Assembly (NCBI GenBank): GCA_964426545.1
Contig: CAYRQP010000007.1
Span: forward strand, 36,534 to 100,533
DNA length: 64,000 bases
From: an uncultured bacterium
GTDB taxonomy: Bacteria; Fermentibacterota; Fermentibacteria; Fermentibacterales; JCC-6
Direction: 5' to 3'
A model generated the notes under the pieces. It was not told where the DNA came from and made no database searches. It saw nothing but the letters and a program-made list of their open reading frames with translations. Shown piece after piece: positions 18,984-28,419 of the stretch. Every line of letters starts with the position of its first letter. Within the stretch, counting starts at the first letter, position 1. A program made the translations under genes and the position numbers.

Positions 18984-20756
18984 ATGACATCTGATCAAAT
19001 AGTTGTTACAACTGTACTGGGACTGACTATCATAGCGCTTTATACCCACAGAGTATCAGCTCCGGTTGTATTTATGACTGCGGCAGTCATTCTCGCGTCA
19101 TTCGGAATCTTGTCTCCAACAGAAGCAATAGCCGGATTTGCCAATGAAGCTATAGCAGTAATGCTCATGCTGATTCTGCTAAGTGGAATTATTAGAAAAA
19201 CAGGAGTTCTCGAATGGCTGTTTTACAAAAAGATACCTCTTTCCACCGGGTACAGGGGATTCCTTGCTCAGATGATACCGTTCACTGCCGGAACATCAGC
19301 TTTCATGAATAACACCCCCATCGTTGCAATGCTTATTCCTTTCGTCCGAGACTGGGGGAAGAAACATGATATTCCTGTTTCAAAACTATTGCTGCCGCTC
19401 TCCTGGGCTGCCATTCTTGGTGGAATGATAACTCTAATTGGAACTTCCACAAACCTGATTGTAAACGGGATGATTGTAGGTACCGGTGGTGAAAGTCTGG
19501 CAATTCTGGATTTTGCCCCCGTAGGAATGATTATTCTTGTTGCAGGCATAACATACATTTTTCTCATTGGATACAAACTGCTTCCGGACAGACAGGACCC
19601 GGCCGAAAATGTTGCCGTACATCCGCGGGAATACATGGCGAATGTAGTAATCGAACCGAACTCACCCCTCGTCGGCAAGACAATAGAACAGGCACACCTT
19701 AGAAATCTCAAAGGGCTTTTTCTTGCGGAGATAATCCGGGAGGGAAGGACAATCGCGCCTGTAAAACCGGAAGATAGACTATCTGTAGGTGATAAACTCG
19801 TTCTTGTCGGTGCGACAGCAGGTATTGCTGAACTGATAGGAAAATTCAGGGGTTTGAAACCGACAGGCGGATTCGAACTTCCCGGAGAAGAGAAAATAAA
19901 AGTCATCGAGGCAGTTGTTTCCAGTCGGTCGTCACTTATTGGTACAATAGTAAAGAAAACGGGCTTTAGGGGAAACTTCGATGCCGCTATCCTAGCAGTT
20001 CACAGAAAGGGAGAAAAACTCAAAGGTAAGATTGGCAGTATCAAGCTGCACCCGGGCGATCTTCTGCTTCTTGTGACCGGGAGTGAATTCGGCAGAAGGG
20101 CAAATGAATCAGATGACCTTCATGTCATTTCGCTTGTAAAGGAACTTCACAATATAGATTTTCGCAAATCTGTTCTTATTGTAGGTACCAGTCTAATTTG
20201 TATTCTTCTGTCTGTATTTTCTCTTGTCCCACTATTTGTATCTCTCATTACCCTTCTGGCATTATTTATGATGCTTCGCATTACATCGCTTTCTGAGTTG
20301 AAAAGAAGCCTGAATATGAATCTTCTGATCACTGCAGCATTTGCATTAGCCGTAGGAAGCGCGGTTGAAAATACGGGACTCGGGGCATTAATGTCGCATT
20401 CTGTTGTATCTGCCTTTAAACCGCTTGGAGTACTTGGGCTTCTTGCCGCTGTATATATTATCACAAATATTCTGGCAGAATTCATTACAACTACAGCAGC
20501 TGCATGCATAGTTCTCCCTTTTGCAGCTTCGGTTGCAGCTGCCCAAACAGGCGTTCCGGCAACACCTTTCTACCTTGCCGTTGCCTACGGAGCAGCCGCC
20601 AACTTCATCACCCCTGTAGGATATCACACCAACCTGATGATATTTGGTCCCGGCGGATATCGTTTCTCTGACTATCTCAAGGCAGGATTCCCGCTTAAGA
20701 TGATCTGTGCTGTTGCGGCAATCTGCGGATTGGGACTGGTTTATGGGTTGTTCTAA
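18984..20756 (+). CDS. SLC13/DASS family anion permease with two central TrkA-C domains
   Basis: Polytopic N- and C-terminal halves flank soluble TrkA-C-like repeats (REYMANVVIEPNSPLVGKTI... and KVIEAVVSSRSSLIGTIV...). Confidence 0.7.
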   Translation: MTSDQIVVTTVLGLTIIALYTHRVSAPVVFMTAAVILASFGILSPTEAIAGFANEAIAVMLMLILLSGIIRKTGVLEWLFYKKIPLSTGYRGFLAQMIPFTAGTSAFMNNTPIVAMLIPFVRDWGKKHDIPVSKLLLPLSWAAILGGMITLIGTSTNLIVNGMIVGTGGESLAILDFAPVGMIILVAGITYIFLIGYKLLPDRQDPAENVAVHPREYMANVVIEPNSPLVGKTIEQAHLRNLKGLFLAEIIREGRTIAPVKPEDRLSVGDKLVLVGATAGIAELIGKFRGLKPTGGFELPGEEKIKVIEAVVSSRSSLIGTIVKKTGFRGNFDAAILAVHRKGEKLKGKIGSIKLHPGDLLLLVTGSEFGRRANESDDLHVISLVKELHNIDFRKSVLIVGTSLICILLSVFSLVPLFVSLITLLALFMMLRITSLSELKRSLNMNLLITAAFALAVGSAVENTGLGALMSHSVVSAFKPLGVLGLLAAVYIITNILAEFITTTAAACIVLPFAASVAAAQTGVPATPFYLAVAYGAAANFITPVGYHTNLMIFGPGGYRFSDYLKAGFPLKMICAVAAICGLGLVYGLF

Positions 20757-20758
20757 AA

Positions 20759-20809
20759 GGGGACATTCCTCTGCAGAAGAAGTTCCTGTCTTCAAAGAGG
20801 AGTGTCCCC
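20759..20809 (+). terminator. long imperfect hairpin GGGGACAttCCTCT-N23-AGAGGagTGTCCCC downstream of the SLC13 permease gene
   Basis: Inverted repeat read from the sequence. No U-tract. Confidence 0.3.
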
Positions 20810-20915
20810 CATAAGCACCTACCTAAATATCCCCAATAGTACGGTTGACAAGCATATATAATGTGTCTATGTAATAAGTAAGTGTGCTATTGTGATGTAC
20901 CATGTCGGAGGAAAA

Positions 20916-21509
20916 ATGTTTCATACAGTGTTGCTCATAGCCTTTTCTCTTTCACTGCCGCAGACAGGAGTTCTTTCGGGAGATGAAATTGTCTTCAATG
21001 AATTCATGCCTGACCCTGTTGCCAGCACAACCGAATCTGACGGAGAGTGGATTGAACTGTATAACCGTTCGGACAGCTATGTGAACCTTGGCGGATGGGA
21101 AATAGAGAACGAGGACGGTGAACGGATAGTCCTTCAAACATACTTACTGCCCCCCGGCGGGTATTATGTCATAGGAGCCTGCAGCGATATACAAAAAAAC
21201 GGCGGCTATGAACCCGATTGTATCTGGTCGAATTTCAGCATAGATAACAGCGGAGAGTTTTCCCTTTACGACAACTCAAAGACTTTAGTTGATGAAGTAA
21301 CCTACACTGAAGGTGAATGGTCTATTACTTCAGGATGTTCCTGTGAACGGATCAATCCGGGCTGGGTATCTTCACTTCCTTCAACATGGGACTTCTGTAC
21401 ATCCGTTTACGGCAATGGAGACCTTGGGTCCCCCGGAGAGATAAACAGCGTATACGAGAACTCATTTGCTCAGAACAGCTGGGCATTCATCAAGGCTTTT
21501 GTGAACTAG
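20916..21509 (+). CDS. secreted lamin-tail-domain (LTD) protein
   Basis: Signal peptide MFHTVLLIAFSLSL. LTD signature EFMPDP...EWIELYN...GGWEIENEDGE...FSLYD..LVDEV. Start chosen at the ATG with a GGAGG RBS. Confidence 0.55.
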   Translation: MFHTVLLIAFSLSLPQTGVLSGDEIVFNEFMPDPVASTTESDGEWIELYNRSDSYVNLGGWEIENEDGERIVLQTYLLPPGGYYVIGACSDIQKNGGYEPDCIWSNFSIDNSGEFSLYDNSKTLVDEVTYTEGEWSITSGCSCERINPGWVSSLPSTWDFCTSVYGNGDLGSPGEINSVYENSFAQNSWAFIKAFVN

Positions 21510-21524
21510 AAAGGTTGCTTTCCC

Positions 21525-22706
21525 ATGAAAACATCTCTCATTCTGCTGCTTTCTCTGTTTGCATTATTGTCTGCAACCGAGCCGCTGGTAGTATTCTTCA
21601 TAGATCCCACATCGACCCCGCAGGGATTTTCCGGTGATGCAATTCTGGTGTGTACTCCAGCCGGACGAAATTATCTCATTGACGGGGGCATGCTGTGGAA
21701 CGACTTCAGCGATCAAGGCTGGGACTGCGGCACCGAGACAATCCTACCTCTACTTGACAGTCTGGATATCACATATCTCGACGGTATTGTTGGAACCCAT
21801 CCGCATGCCGACCATATAGGTGGATTGATAGCGGTACTCAATAATATGCCTGTAACGACAGCTTATGATTCCGAATGGCCCTATGGCGGCACATGGACCT
21901 ATGAAGAATTTCTCGATGCAATCTACAGAAATGGATCCAACTCTGTTACGCCGCGAAGAGGAGATATCCTCAACTGGGGGTCGGAATTAACTGTTGAAGT
22001 TATCCATCCGGTTGATCCGCTTGCACAGCCGAACGAAAATAACGCTTCAATTACGATTAGATTGACCTATGGAGAAATTTCTTTTCTTTTCACCGGTGAC
22101 CTTGAAACAAGCGGCGGCGAAGATATCATTCTCGCTGCTCTTGCAAGCGGAGATATCGAGAATATTTCTGCAGATGTTCTTAAAGTCGGGCACCACGGTT
22201 CTTATACTTCAACATGCAACAGTTGGCTTGCTGCAGTAGATCCATCCATCGCTGCGATTTGTGTGGGACGGGGAAATGAGTATGGACACCCCCATGGAGA
22301 AGTCATAAACAGACTCAATATGTGGGATATAGACATTTACAGGACAGACGAAGACGGAACATTCTATATTTCCACAGACGGAGAAGATCTCTATTATGAT
22401 TCGATGCCGCCCGAGACCGGCGGCACAGAGCCGGATCCCCCAGCCGGATTTTCAGTATATCCCAGTCCCGCCACTGACGATGTTACATTTGCATGGGATG
22501 CAACCGATGGGGTAACAGCAGCTATTGTCATCTATAATTTGAATGGTGAGAAGGTCAAAGAAATAACGAATATATCATCAGGCATCTGGACATGGACAGA
22601 TATGCGTCTGGACAACAACAGTATTCTGTCTTCCGGACTCTATGCAGCAGTTTTCACGACGAGCGGGGGTGAAACATGGGTAGAATACTTTGCAGTCTCA
22701 CGCTGA
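21525..22706 (+). CDS. secreted MBL-fold metallohydrolase (ComEC/Rec2-type beta-lactamase domain) with T9SS-like C-terminal sorting domain
   Basis: Signal peptide, HPHADHIGG (HxHxDH) and GHHGS motifs. C-terminal YPSP...IYNLNGEKV...GLYAAV...FAVSR resembles a Por_Secre_tail/FlgD-Ig-like domain. Confidence 0.6.
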   Translation: MKTSLILLLSLFALLSATEPLVVFFIDPTSTPQGFSGDAILVCTPAGRNYLIDGGMLWNDFSDQGWDCGTETILPLLDSLDITYLDGIVGTHPHADHIGGLIAVLNNMPVTTAYDSEWPYGGTWTYEEFLDAIYRNGSNSVTPRRGDILNWGSELTVEVIHPVDPLAQPNENNASITIRLTYGEISFLFTGDLETSGGEDIILAALASGDIENISADVLKVGHHGSYTSTCNSWLAAVDPSIAAICVGRGNEYGHPHGEVINRLNMWDIDIYRTDEDGTFYISTDGEDLYYDSMPPETGGTEPDPPAGFSVYPSPATDDVTFAWDATDGVTAAIVIYNLNGEKVKEITNISSGIWTWTDMRLDNNSILSSGLYAAVFTTSGGETWVEYFAVSR

Positions 22707-23560
22707 TACCGATGTTTCTATCGCTTCCCGCCTATGCCGGCACCGGAGCAGCTGGTCTTCTGATGCTCTGTTCTCCGGGCTTTCCCGAACAGATGATGCT
22801 CGGTCCGGCAGGCATGTCTCTTGCAGCGGGACCAACTGCATTGACTTCGAACCCGGCTCTTCTGATATCCGGTTTTTCAGCAGCGGGTGGCAGATGGAAT
22901 CTCTCTACAACATCAGTTTCCTTTTCAGGTGCCTTCTCTTCAGGTAACCTGATATGTGCCGGCGGGCTGAGATATCTGGGTAAAACCGGATTGATTAGAA
23001 GGAATGCAAGCGGAGAAGCAATAGGAGAATATTCATTTTCTTCGGGTTTCGCAGGCGGTGGAGTTGCATTTCCCATTACTGATTATCTATCCGGCGGAAT
23101 TTCAGGCGGAGCAGTATGGGAATCTATTGCCGAAGAAGGCGGGACCGGCTTTGCAGCCAATGCAGGCCTGGCAATGAAATTATTTGATAATATTGATTTT
23201 GGACTGACTGTTAACGGATTTGGGCAGGCTCCTTCATGGGAAGGCATTCACAATGACATGCCGGTTGAAATCTCAGGCGGAATAGGCATTCCATTCGCAC
23301 AGGTGTGTTACGGTTTTGCAGGGGTAAGACAGGGATTCAGCACAGCAGATCTGTACGGCACCGGATTGATGTTTACGGTGTCAGGTGTATCCTGTTCGGG
23401 CGGGTATCAATACTCTACTCAGGACGGTCAATCGGGCATATTCGGTGGATTGAACTATTCGACGAAATCAGTCGGAGAAGAATATTCCATATCCATAGGT
23501 TTTGCTCAGAGTGATGAGTTCTCCTGGCCGGTTTTGGCCGGGCTGACGGTCAGCTTCTAA
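22676..23560 (+). CDS. outer-membrane beta-barrel protein, PorP/SprF-like (putative T9SS cargo partner)
   Basis: Gly/aromatic-rich, alternating amphipathic strands, C-terminal Phe (LTVSF). SLPAYAGTG resembles the NPAYAG motif of the PorP/SprF family. Lies directly downstream of a T9SS-CTD cargo gene. Confidence 0.4.
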   Translation: MGRILCSLTLIPMFLSLPAYAGTGAAGLLMLCSPGFPEQMMLGPAGMSLAAGPTALTSNPALLISGFSAAGGRWNLSTTSVSFSGAFSSGNLICAGGLRYLGKTGLIRRNASGEAIGEYSFSSGFAGGGVAFPITDYLSGGISGGAVWESIAEEGGTGFAANAGLAMKLFDNIDFGLTVNGFGQAPSWEGIHNDMPVEISGGIGIPFAQVCYGFAGVRQGFSTADLYGTGLMFTVSGVSCSGGYQYSTQDGQSGIFGGLNYSTKSVGEEYSISIGFAQSDEFSWPVLAGLTVSF

Positions 23561-23664
23561 CAAGGGGGACGGAGGAGCATGCCAACTCCTCAACAAGGGG
23601 GACGGAGGAGCATGCCAACTCCTCAACAAGGGGGACGGAGGAGCATGCCAACTCCTCCGTCCCC
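23561..23664. repeat. three tandem 33-nt direct repeats (CAAGGGGGACGGAGGAGCATGCCAACTCCTCAA), the last extended into a full GGGGACGGAGGAG/CTCCTCCGTCCCC hairpin
   Basis: Read directly from the sequence between convergent genes ending at 23560 (+) and 23666 (-). Confidence 0.8.
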
Positions 23665-23665
23665 A

Positions 23666-24142
23666 TTAGAACTTTGTTGCTGAGGAATAATCATCCATAT
23701 CATACTTGATGAGTATATCGGGCATGGGTAGTTTATCCAACTTCACCCCGGAATTTTCGAAAAATTCTTCGGCAAGAGAGTGCCCTGTATAGTCTGAAAA
23801 AATAACCACGCGGACTATTCCTGCCGCAAGCAGCGCTTTTGAACAGGTGGTACACGGCATATTCGTGATGTAGGCGGTAGAACCGTCAATAGAGACACCG
23901 TGCCGCGCTGCCTGGGCTATGGCATTCATTTCCGCATGATTCGTGCGTACGCAGTGTTCCTCGACTATCAGGCATCCGATGTCTTCACAGTGTTCGAGTC
24001 CGGGAAGTGAGCCGTTATAACCGGTTGAAAGTACATATTTGTCCTTGACCAGAACACAGCCGCAGTGCATTCTGGGGCAGGTTGCCCGTTCAGATGCAAG
24101 CATGGCAAGTTTTAGAAAGTACTTATCCCACGGAGGTCTCAA
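23666..24142 (-). CDS. dCMP deaminase (ComEB-like cytidine/deoxycytidylate deaminase)
   Basis: Zinc-binding HAEMNAI and PCTTC motifs; 158 aa. Confidence 0.75.
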   Translation of the reverse strand: MRPPWDKYFLKLAMLASERATCPRMHCGCVLVKDKYVLSTGYNGSLPGLEHCEDIGCLIVEEHCVRTNHAEMNAIAQAARHGVSIDGSTAYITNMPCTTCSKALLAAGIVRVVIFSDYTGHSLAEEFFENSGVKLDKLPMPDILIKYDMDDYSSATKF

Positions 24143-24185
24143 TTTATCCTCATTCCGTAATTTGTTTCATCGAATATGATTAAAT

Positions 24186-25703
24186 CTAATTGCCAAAGGA
24201 ATAGTCGACCTGAAGTCCTGCGCCATATCTTGAATTCCCGACGGTTTCCTCCCAGCCGCTGCCGATGACTTTCAGGTTTTCGAAATTCTTCCAGTATCCC
24301 CGTGCTGTCAGTTTGAAGCCGTTTGGAATTGACAGTGATACGGCTCCCTGAAGCATAAAACCGGAATCCCATAGAGAAACGGATCCAAATTCCCCCGGAA
24401 AAACAATCTCGGCAGCATAGATCCGTGAATTATATCCCCGGGTAGAAAAAGCAATAGCCCCTGCCCACAAACGCCATTGGGAGTTCAGGTCATACCGCAG
24501 CCTGAATTCTCCGCCAGTACCGGTTTCGGAAGAATCTGATTCGGAATCCTGCCAGCCGGTAGCCTGGACTTTTGCAGAAAGATGTATTTTCCTTCCGGGA
24601 TCCCATGTTGTTTTAAGCCATAAGCGATAGGAATTATCATCTTCACTTCCGGAATTTCTTCCCCCTAATGTGAAAAGCAGCCTTCCTTCAAGTCTCTGCT
24701 GTATTTCCCCTGAAAATTTCAGCAGATACTCATCATCGATGAATTGAGTCCTTACTCCTGCAGAGAAAGTAGTTCTTTCGAAGGGGCGGAAACGAAAACC
24801 GTATCCCGCCCCAAAGTCACAGGAAGTGCCTATTGGGAAAGAAGCCCGTGTCTCAGGAAAACCCTCAGGAAGACGGTAGATTGTGATGTTATGTTTGAAC
24901 AGGTCGAGATTTTGTGTAAGAGCAGCCCATCCGGCAAAAGACAGTACAGTATCTACGAAAAACTGCCCAATCCCTGCTTCTCCGGATATGAGGAAGTCCT
25001 CGAAATTCAACCTCCAGTCCACTCCGCCGCGATATACTAAAGATGTGGAATCATCTTCGAAGGCTCTTCTAATTACAGCTGCGGTGATTCCGGCTTCAGG
25101 GATGGAAAGACGGAAAACTCCCAGTAATTCAGTAATACTTACCCGATCCGCGATTTCGGAAGGGGTTCGGTGATACCCTTCGCCGGAGCCGTCTATTTTG
25201 GAATAAGCGCTCAGTACAGAGAGATTATATGTACCCACAGATAACTGTGTCCCTATTCCTGTCATGGGTTCGCCACGGATTCCCCAAGAAGATGTAGCCA
25301 GCCGGATGTAATCTCTTATACCCGGCGGTTTGCATAAGTTCAGATTATCGACACCTGTCCAGGAACCGGGATATGAAAAGATAACCCCTGACCCGAGTTT
25401 TGACTTAAGCCATCCTGCAGAGACTGATGTAAAAGGAGACGACGAAGAGTTCCATCTGCATCCGCCTGCAATGATATCCACCCAGTCTTCACCCCTGTTC
25501 TTGTCCATGAGAAGGGACAAGTCGAGACCACCGGCAGATATCCTTATACGGTTATATAAAGAATATTCATCCCCTGTATATTCTCCGCCAAGTGTACCGC
25601 GGCAATCCGGAAACCGCCGCCAAATTCTCGTTCGGATATCGCCCTCGATGCTGTAGGCGGCGGATACGGTAAGCATGAGAAGCAGGATTGAGAAATATTT
25701 CAC
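24186..25703 (-). CDS. outer-membrane beta-barrel protein of unknown function
   Basis: Signal peptide MKYFSILLLMLTVSAAYS. About 500 aa of alternating aromatic/Gly-rich strand-like segments. GTG start overlaps the upstream stop (GTGA). Confidence 0.45.
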   Translation of the reverse strand: MKYFSILLLMLTVSAAYSIEGDIRTRIWRRFPDCRGTLGGEYTGDEYSLYNRIRISAGGLDLSLLMDKNRGEDWVDIIAGGCRWNSSSSPFTSVSAGWLKSKLGSGVIFSYPGSWTGVDNLNLCKPPGIRDYIRLATSSWGIRGEPMTGIGTQLSVGTYNLSVLSAYSKIDGSGEGYHRTPSEIADRVSITELLGVFRLSIPEAGITAAVIRRAFEDDSTSLVYRGGVDWRLNFEDFLISGEAGIGQFFVDTVLSFAGWAALTQNLDLFKHNITIYRLPEGFPETRASFPIGTSCDFGAGYGFRFRPFERTTFSAGVRTQFIDDEYLLKFSGEIQQRLEGRLLFTLGGRNSGSEDDNSYRLWLKTTWDPGRKIHLSAKVQATGWQDSESDSSETGTGGEFRLRYDLNSQWRLWAGAIAFSTRGYNSRIYAAEIVFPGEFGSVSLWDSGFMLQGAVSLSIPNGFKLTARGYWKNFENLKVIGSGWEETVGNSRYGAGLQVDYSFGN

Positions 25704-26779
25704 TCAGTTACCAGATATTCCTGCAGGATTTCAAGCATGGCAGGACCTATGCCTGGACAATCATCCAGTGTGGCAACAGACCCGACAGGACCGTTCTCCT
25801 GCACCCATGCATGAATAGTACCGGCTTTCGACGGCCCGATTCCGGGAATGAACTCGAGTTCTTCTGCAGTTGCAGTGTTTATGTTAAGGGGGAAGGAAAC
25901 TGTCAGTTCCTCTTCCTGTTCGTCTTCCAGAATAAGCGGAGCAGGATCAGATGCACACCCGCCCCATGCAAGCGAAGCTACATGAGTGCCGGGAAGGGAC
26001 GCATGGTTACCGTATCCCCATGACAGGTCGAAGTCGGAGAGAGAGATAACAACAGCAAATGAAAGTCTGACCGGATTTGTGACGGCTCCTGTCTGAAGGG
26101 TAAGTTCTTCCACGGGAGACGCGGAAACATGGAAGGAATATTCAGACTCAAGCCCTTCATTCCTGCGGAAGCCGGCACTGAGAGTAACTCCATCAACGGG
26201 AACGATACCTGCTGCAAGGTCGAATCCGCGAGGCTGGGCAGGGTCGCCGGACACTCCGATTTCAGTACGCAGAACACCCCTTACCGCACCTGCAAAGTGA
26301 ATACCCTGAATTGGGATACAACTGAAGCCTACATCCAGTCCGGCTCCGCTTCCACTGCCGTATCCGCTGATAGCAAGCCGCCTGTAAGAACAGCCGATTC
26401 CGACAGCAATTCCATCTGTAATCTTCCGTGCAGCAGAAGCGAGAATAGTGCCCTCTGTGTACGAATGGTCTCCTGATAGAGAGAAAGCCCCGCCCACGAA
26501 CCAACTGTCGAACATCATTCCGCCGGAAAGCGAAGTTTTATCGAGTTCGCTTAGTCCATATGGTCTTGCACCTGATATTGCTATCCCCGAACTTTCGAGA
26601 AAAGAAGTAGCGGCAGGATTTTCCAGCATGACATGCGGGGAGCGTGGGAACAGTGAAGATGCCGGCCCGCAAAGAAGCCACGGAGATTCGGGCATTGGCT
26701 CGAAAGCCCCTTCTGAAATGGAAACACAGAAGAAGCAGGTAATCAGGTAGAACATCAAACGATTGTCTAAAATTGTCAT
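25700..26779 (-). CDS. ComEA-like helix-hairpin-helix DNA-binding protein with a large N-terminal beta-rich (barrel-like) domain
   Basis: C-terminal NINTATAEELEFIPGIGPSKAGTIHAWVQENGP...LDDCPGIGPAMLEILQEYL is a ComEA-type tandem HhH. The N-terminal ~270 aa is Gly/aromatic-rich with amphipathic strands and a signal peptide. Confidence 0.55.
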   Translation of the reverse strand: MTILDNRLMFYLITCFFCVSISEGAFEPMPESPWLLCGPASSLFPRSPHVMLENPAATSFLESSGIAISGARPYGLSELDKTSLSGGMMFDSWFVGGAFSLSGDHSYTEGTILASAARKITDGIAVGIGCSYRRLAISGYGSGSGAGLDVGFSCIPIQGIHFAGAVRGVLRTEIGVSGDPAQPRGFDLAAGIVPVDGVTLSAGFRRNEGLESEYSFHVSASPVEELTLQTGAVTNPVRLSFAVVISLSDFDLSWGYGNHASLPGTHVASLAWGGCASDPAPLILEDEQEEELTVSFPLNINTATAEELEFIPGIGPSKAGTIHAWVQENGPVGSVATLDDCPGIGPAMLEILQEYLVTE

Positions 26780-26937
26780 ACTATAGTGTACTTCATATTG
26801 AAGAGAATTTCAAGCCTCATCTATTTTGAATAAAACACCAGAACCTGACAGCAATATTGACGCTTGACAATAGGTAAGCAAGTCATCAGTCTATGCTGTT
26901 GAATAATTAATTAAATCGGTTAATCCGATAGACTTTT

Positions 26938-28419
26938 TTGGAGCTGATAATGGACCATGCATGTCCCGGATATTTCCGGCGGCAGGATGGCAGTGTACTA
27001 ACAGACATTGCATTGGAAGTTCTGCGGAAACGCTTTCCGCATTCTAATAATCCTGTACGAGACTGGCTTCCCGGCAGACCTGACTGGGAAGAGGGTCTGC
27101 CCGATATCGATATCCTTAAGCAGGAACTTACAGACCTCCGCAGCCGCGGGGGGAAAATAGTCATATATGGTCATGATGATATGGACGGCGTGACAGGGCT
27201 TTTCGTCGGAGTTACAATTCTCCGGGCTGAAGGTTATACCGTCATTCCAATAATCCCCCGCAGTTCTACAGACGATTACGGTATCCGTCCTGCAAGAATG
27301 GAAGGTATTCTGAATAGCGGAGACCTTCTTCTTACCGTGGACTACGGTTGCTCCGCCGTCCACGGAGTGAAGTGGGCTATTGAAAAGGGCGCGCGGGTGG
27401 TAATAACAGACCATCACTTACTTAATCCTCCGCTTCCGCCTGCACACGGATTAATCAACCCGCAATTCTTCGGATTGCCCGGGATAGTATTAGCCGGATG
27501 CGGCGTTCTATATGCATCACTTGTTTCTATATTTCCGCACTGGGAAAACAACGCTAACCTCCTTGCCGCCGTTGCTTTGGGAACAGTTGCCGACAGAGTC
27601 CCGCTCTCGGGATGGAATCGTTATCTGTTGTCCGAATTCAGTAGAGTCAACATTGAAAAGTTAAGCACCGGTTTAAGGATGTTCATCGATGAATGGCCCG
27701 CCCGTACATCTGCATGGACGGGACTTATGGTTCGTCAAAGGATAATATCTGTTATCGGCAAGGGTGAAAAATCAGAGATCGACAGATTGCTCGAGTTTAT
27801 GATGACCAATGATAAAGAAAGTGTTAGAAAGCAGTGGATCAATATGAGGGATACAAGCAGGAAAAGGTCCCGGGCACTCTCGAAGTACTTCACTCTGGCA
27901 ATGCAGAGCAGGGATGAGCAGGCAGCAGCTTACGGCATGACGCTTATCTATATGGATTCACTTCCGAGCGGAATGGGAGGGGCAATTGCCGGGCGCATAA
28001 CCAAGATTGACAAGAGAAGCGTAATAGTCGTTTCTCCGCGCGAAGATGGGACTCTGGGCGGAGAAGCAAGATCTGCCGGGGATTGGAATGTAGCAGGATT
28101 TCTTACGGGTATGAAGAATGTATTTGCCAGTGCCGGCGGTCATAAAATGGCGGCGGGATTCAGCTGCAGAGATAAATCATGGGAAGAACTGAGAGAAATC
28201 ATGCTGTCCAGAATGACTGAATATCCGGCAGAACCCTTACCGCAACCCCACATTGACCTTGAAGTAACCGAACTCCCCGATCCCAATGAATTCAAGTGCC
28301 TTGCACCCTTTGGTCCCGGTTTTCTTCCGCCTGCTGTAAAAAAAGACAACCTTCGTTATCTTCTGCAGGTTGGCGAAAATAACATTAACTGGAGAATTTC
28401 AGAAGAAGGCGGCGATTAA
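26938..28419 (+). CDS. DHH/DHHA1 phosphoesterase, RecJ-like core (no C-terminal OB domain)
   Basis: Motif I IYGHDDMDGVTG, motif III VVITDHH and DHHA1 GGHKMAAGF. Confidence 0.6.
   Translation: MELIMDHACPGYFRRQDGSVLTDIALEVLRKRFPHSNNPVRDWLPGRPDWEEGLPDIDILKQELTDLRSRGGKIVIYGHDDMDGVTGLFVGVTILRAEGYTVIPIIPRSSTDDYGIRPARMEGILNSGDLLLTVDYGCSAVHGVKWAIEKGARVVITDHHLLNPPLPPAHGLINPQFFGLPGIVLAGCGVLYASLVSIFPHWENNANLLAAVALGTVADRVPLSGWNRYLLSEFSRVNIEKLSTGLRMFIDEWPARTSAWTGLMVRQRIISVIGKGEKSEIDRLLEFMMTNDKESVRKQWINMRDTSRKRSRALSKYFTLAMQSRDEQAAAYGMTLIYMDSLPSGMGGAIAGRITKIDKRSVIVVSPREDGTLGGEARSAGDWNVAGFLTGMKNVFASAGGHKMAAGFSCRDKSWEELREIMLSRMTEYPAEPLPQPHIDLEVTELPDPNEFKCLAPFGPGFLPPAVKKDNLRYLLQVGENNINWRISEEGGD

Noticed and set aside
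23561-23664. Possible CRISPR array (direct repeats)
   Set aside because: Only three immediately adjacent 33-nt units with no spacers between them. The units are half-hairpins of a palindrome family seen elsewhere. No cas genes in the window.
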